A stretch of DNA of 64,000 nt from Thermoanaerobaculia bacterium (GTDB lineage: Bacteria; Acidobacteriota; Thermoanaerobaculia; UBA5066), in assembly GCA_963816185.1 (NCBI GenBank), contig CAWFJJ010000025.1:32001-96000 (forward strand), written 5' to 3'. The position numbers and the translations under genes are program-made. Shown piece after piece: positions 61,354 to 64,000 of this stretch (within the stretch, counting starts at the first letter, position 1; each line of letters opens with the position of its first letter). The notes below the pieces were generated by a model. The model made no database searches, had not been told where the DNA came from, and saw only the letters and a program-made list of their open reading frames with translations.

Positions 61354-63714
61354 ATGCCCTCTGGAAACGGCGGGGACTGCCGGAGCGCCTGCCGCTCTTT
61401 GCGTGCGGCACGGCGGCTCCCGGTCGCGGTGTTCGCCGGCACCGCCATCCTGCACGTCTCCGTGTGGGCCACGATCCCGTTCCGCCCCTTCACGATCTAT
61501 ACGCTCGCGGCATCGCTTCGAGCCGCGGGCCGGCTCGAATCCTCCCGGGTGCTGGATTTCTCCCCGTTCTACTTCCACCTGAACCTTCTACTCGCGCAGA
61601 CTGGTCTTTCGTACGCGCCATTTCTCCACGCGGTCGAAATTCTCGCGACGTCCCTGACGGCGGCGCTGTTCTCCCGTCTCTGCCTGGAATTCTTCCCGGC
61701 TCGCATCGCGGCGGCCGGCAGCCTCCTCTTCGTCCTCAGCCCGGCCCCGCTGCTTCTTTCGCACCTCCTCCTGCCCGAGGTCTGGCGCGTTCTCTTCGAC
61801 GTTGCCGCGCTTCTCGCGTTCGTCTCCTACCGTCGGACGCACCGGCTTCGCCACATCATCGTCGCCTCGCTCTTCCTCGGCCTCTCTACCTCGACGCGTC
61901 CCACGGCGCTCTTCCTCGCGGTCGCGCTGGCGGCCGCGCTCGTCGCGGTCGAAGGGCGCCGCGCGTGGCGGGCTTCGGTCCTCGTCGCCGCCGGCCCCGT
62001 CCTTTTCCTCGGGCTCGTCGCCGTTCGCAACCGCGTCCTGACCGGCCGGCTCGATCCGACCGTCATGGACCCCGGCGCGGTCTTCTACGGGGCGAACAAT
62101 CCGGCGAGCCGCGGAACCGTCGTCGACTCGCCTCTCCTCAAAGAGATGGAGGAGTTCGGACCGAAGGAGCCCGATTGGGCGCACGTCCTCTACAAGCGAT
62201 TTGCGGCGGTCGCCCTCGGGCACTCCGTTTCTGCGAGCGAGGCGAGCCGGTACTGGTCGGCAAAGGCCGTCGCGTTTCTTCGCCGCCATCCGGGTGAGGC
62301 CCTCCGGCTCGCCGGGGAGAAGCTCGGTCTCCTCTGCCGGGCCTGGGAGCCGCCGGACACCATTCCCGCCTTCGAGCTCGAGCGCGACCTCCGGGCCGCG
62401 CACGTGCCGCTCGTTCCTTTCTCGTTGCTCGTGTCGCTCGGCGTCGTCGGCCTCTGGACGGAGCGCCGCCGGTTTGCGGACGTCCTGCCGCTTCTCGCGT
62501 GCGGCGTCGCCGTCACGGCGAGCGTCCTCCTGTTCTATGTCAACACGCGGATGCGTGCGCCTCTCGTGCCGTTCGCGGCCTTCTTCGCCTGTGCGTCGCT
62601 CAACGCGCTCCGAGACGGGTTCGGCCGCCGCGCGTGGCGTGCTGTCGGTGCCGGGGTGCTCGCCATCCTCGCGCTTTTCGCGCTCCTTCAGATTCCGACT
62701 GATGCCGAGACGACCCTGCGCCACGCATTTCTCGCTCAGTACTCCGCCTCGCTTCTTCGGGCCGAAGCCGCAAATTTGAGAAACCAGAATTCGAGAGAGA
62801 AGGCGGCCTCGGTCGTGGCCCGCGCCGTCGCGACCGCTCCGTTCTCCGCGGAGGAGATGACGCTCGCGAACCTGCCGTACCCCGCCGGCGGACCGATCGC
62901 GGCGTCGCTCGGCGCCGCGAGGGCCGAGGTCGCGGCCGGCAGGGCGACGCGGGATCGACTCTTCGACCTCGGACTTCTCCTCTACGAAGGTCGCGACCTC
63001 GATTCGGCGCGAGGCGTGTTCACCGCGCTGGAGACGTCGGGCGGACGCTTCGACCGCGGCGGCCGCTGGGCGCCGGCGCCCGCTTTCTATCTTGCGAGGA
63101 TCGTGGAGCTCTCAGGAGGAGAGCGACGGGACGCGGAGAGGCTTTTTCGTTCGGCCCTGCGGACTGCCCCGGGCGATGCCATGACGCTCGCGCACCTGAG
63201 CCTTCTCCTCGATGAATCCGGCCGACCGGAAGTGGCTGCCGCCGCGCGGGAAGAGCTGTTCGCGGAGAGATCCGACGTCGACGCCGCGTTTGCGCTCGGC
63301 CGAGCCTGTCTCGAGCGGGGCCGCTTCGAGGAGGCGGCGCTCTGGCACGGCCGCGTCGCAGAGTGGCTGCCGGATTTCCGGCGTGCGCGTCTCTACGCGG
63401 CGGCCGCGTCGTTCCGGGCGGGCGACGTCACGGGCGCGATCTCTCACGCGGAAGCGGCGTTTTCGTTGCGCGAGGATCCGATCGAGCTGGAACCGTTCAT
63501 CCTCCCTGCGTACGAAGAGGCGGCTCGGGACGAGGCCGGATCCGCTGCCGCGCGCTTTCGCCTCGGTCGCGCGCTACGCCGTTATGGGCACTTTCCCGAG
63601 GCTCGCGCGAGATTCCAGGAAACGCTGCTCCTGGATCCCGCCTTTCGGCAAGCTGGGAGAGATCTCTCTCTTCTCGATCGCATCAAGGACGTGACGCCGC
63701 CGTCGCGACCTTGA
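61354..63714 (+). CDS. GT-C (PMT-like) membrane glycosyltransferase with C-terminal TPR repeats
   Basis: Polytopic N-terminus, FYGANNP, R.RAP, TPR-like helices. Confidence 0.7.
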   Translation: MPSGNGGDCRSACRSLRAARRLPVAVFAGTAILHVSVWATIPFRPFTIYTLAASLRAAGRLESSRVLDFSPFYFHLNLLLAQTGLSYAPFLHAVEILATSLTAALFSRLCLEFFPARIAAAGSLLFVLSPAPLLLSHLLLPEVWRVLFDVAALLAFVSYRRTHRLRHIIVASLFLGLSTSTRPTALFLAVALAAALVAVEGRRAWRASVLVAAGPVLFLGLVAVRNRVLTGRLDPTVMDPGAVFYGANNPASRGTVVDSPLLKEMEEFGPKEPDWAHVLYKRFAAVALGHSVSASEASRYWSAKAVAFLRRHPGEALRLAGEKLGLLCRAWEPPDTIPAFELERDLRAAHVPLVPFSLLVSLGVVGLWTERRRFADVLPLLACGVAVTASVLLFYVNTRMRAPLVPFAAFFACASLNALRDGFGRRAWRAVGAGVLAILALFALLQIPTDAETTLRHAFLAQYSASLLRAEAANLRNQNSREKAASVVARAVATAPFSAEEMTLANLPYPAGGPIAASLGAARAEVAAGRATRDRLFDLGLLLYEGRDLDSARGVFTALETSGGRFDRGGRWAPAPAFYLARIVELSGGERRDAERLFRSALRTAPGDAMTLAHLSLLLDESGRPEVAAAAREELFAERSDVDAAFALGRACLERGRFEEAALWHGRVAEWLPDFRRARLYAAAASFRAGDVTGAISHAEAAFSLREDPIELEPFILPAYEEAARDEAGSAAARFRLGRALRRYGHFPEARARFQETLLLDPAFRQAGRDLSLLDRIKDVTPPSRP

Positions 63715-63748
63715 CGGCGGTGCCCGCAGCACGCCGCGGGCCGGAATC

Positions 63749-64000
63749 TCACGTGACAGGTGCGAGCTTCACCGGCTTTGCGTGCCAGACCTCGCGGACG
63801 TACTCGCGAATGGACCGGTCCGAGCTGAAAGGGCCCATGCGCGCGACGTTGAGAATCGAGGCGCTCGTCCACGCGACGACGTCGGCCCAGGCTCTCGAGA
63901 CGCGCTCCTGGCATTCGACGTAGGCGCGGAAGTCGGCCAGCACGAGAAAGGGGTCCTGATCCATCAGGCCATGCACGAAGGGGCCGAAGATGCCCGGCTC
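63749..64000 (-). CDS. glgP: Glycogen/maltodextrin phosphorylase, C-terminal part (runs off window)
   Basis: FLVLADF..Y, NVARMGPFSSDRSIREY. Confidence 0.92.
   Translation of the reverse strand, partial: EPGIFGPFVHGLMDQDPFLVLADFRAYVECQERVSRAWADVVAWTSASILNVARMGPFSSDRSIREYVREVWHAKPVKLAPVT

Overview
High-GC bacterial chromosomal segment. Gene content suggests Acidobacteriota/Thermoanaerobaculia, but that is inference. 1-16.5 kb looks like core genome: a TlpA-DUF4266/DUF3570/ApbE flavinylation operon, an AAA ATPase, a sigma54 two-component system, metY-metX, an RRM protein, an ECF sigma/anti-sigma pair and tRNA-Thr(CGT). After the tRNA comes an accessory-looking mosaic: an indel-riddled AcrAB-OprM-type efflux operon, pntAB, a Zn alcohol dehydrogenase, an Ehr (hydrogenase-related, no Ni ligands) complex headed by two HTH-PTS EIIA genes, moeB plus a JAB peptidase, GT-C glycosyltransferases, thioredoxins, and a copper/heavy-metal cluster (cusCBA-like, CusRS-like, frameshifted CopA, DUF4396, YHS, DUF302). 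The window ends in glgP. The most interesting signals are not in the ORF track: (1) a sigma70 promoter, a 47-aa leader peptide containing CMCMCSM and an intrinsic terminator upstream of metY-metX, a candidate Met/Cys attenuator; (2) a Cys-rich secreted uORF whose stop codon can pair with the Shine-Dalgarno and start of the cusC-like gene; (3) three identically spaced copies of an OmpR-type box in the metal cluster; (4) 10-bp-phased repeats upstream of the HTH-PTS/Ehr operon. All calls come from reading motifs by eye; no searches were run.
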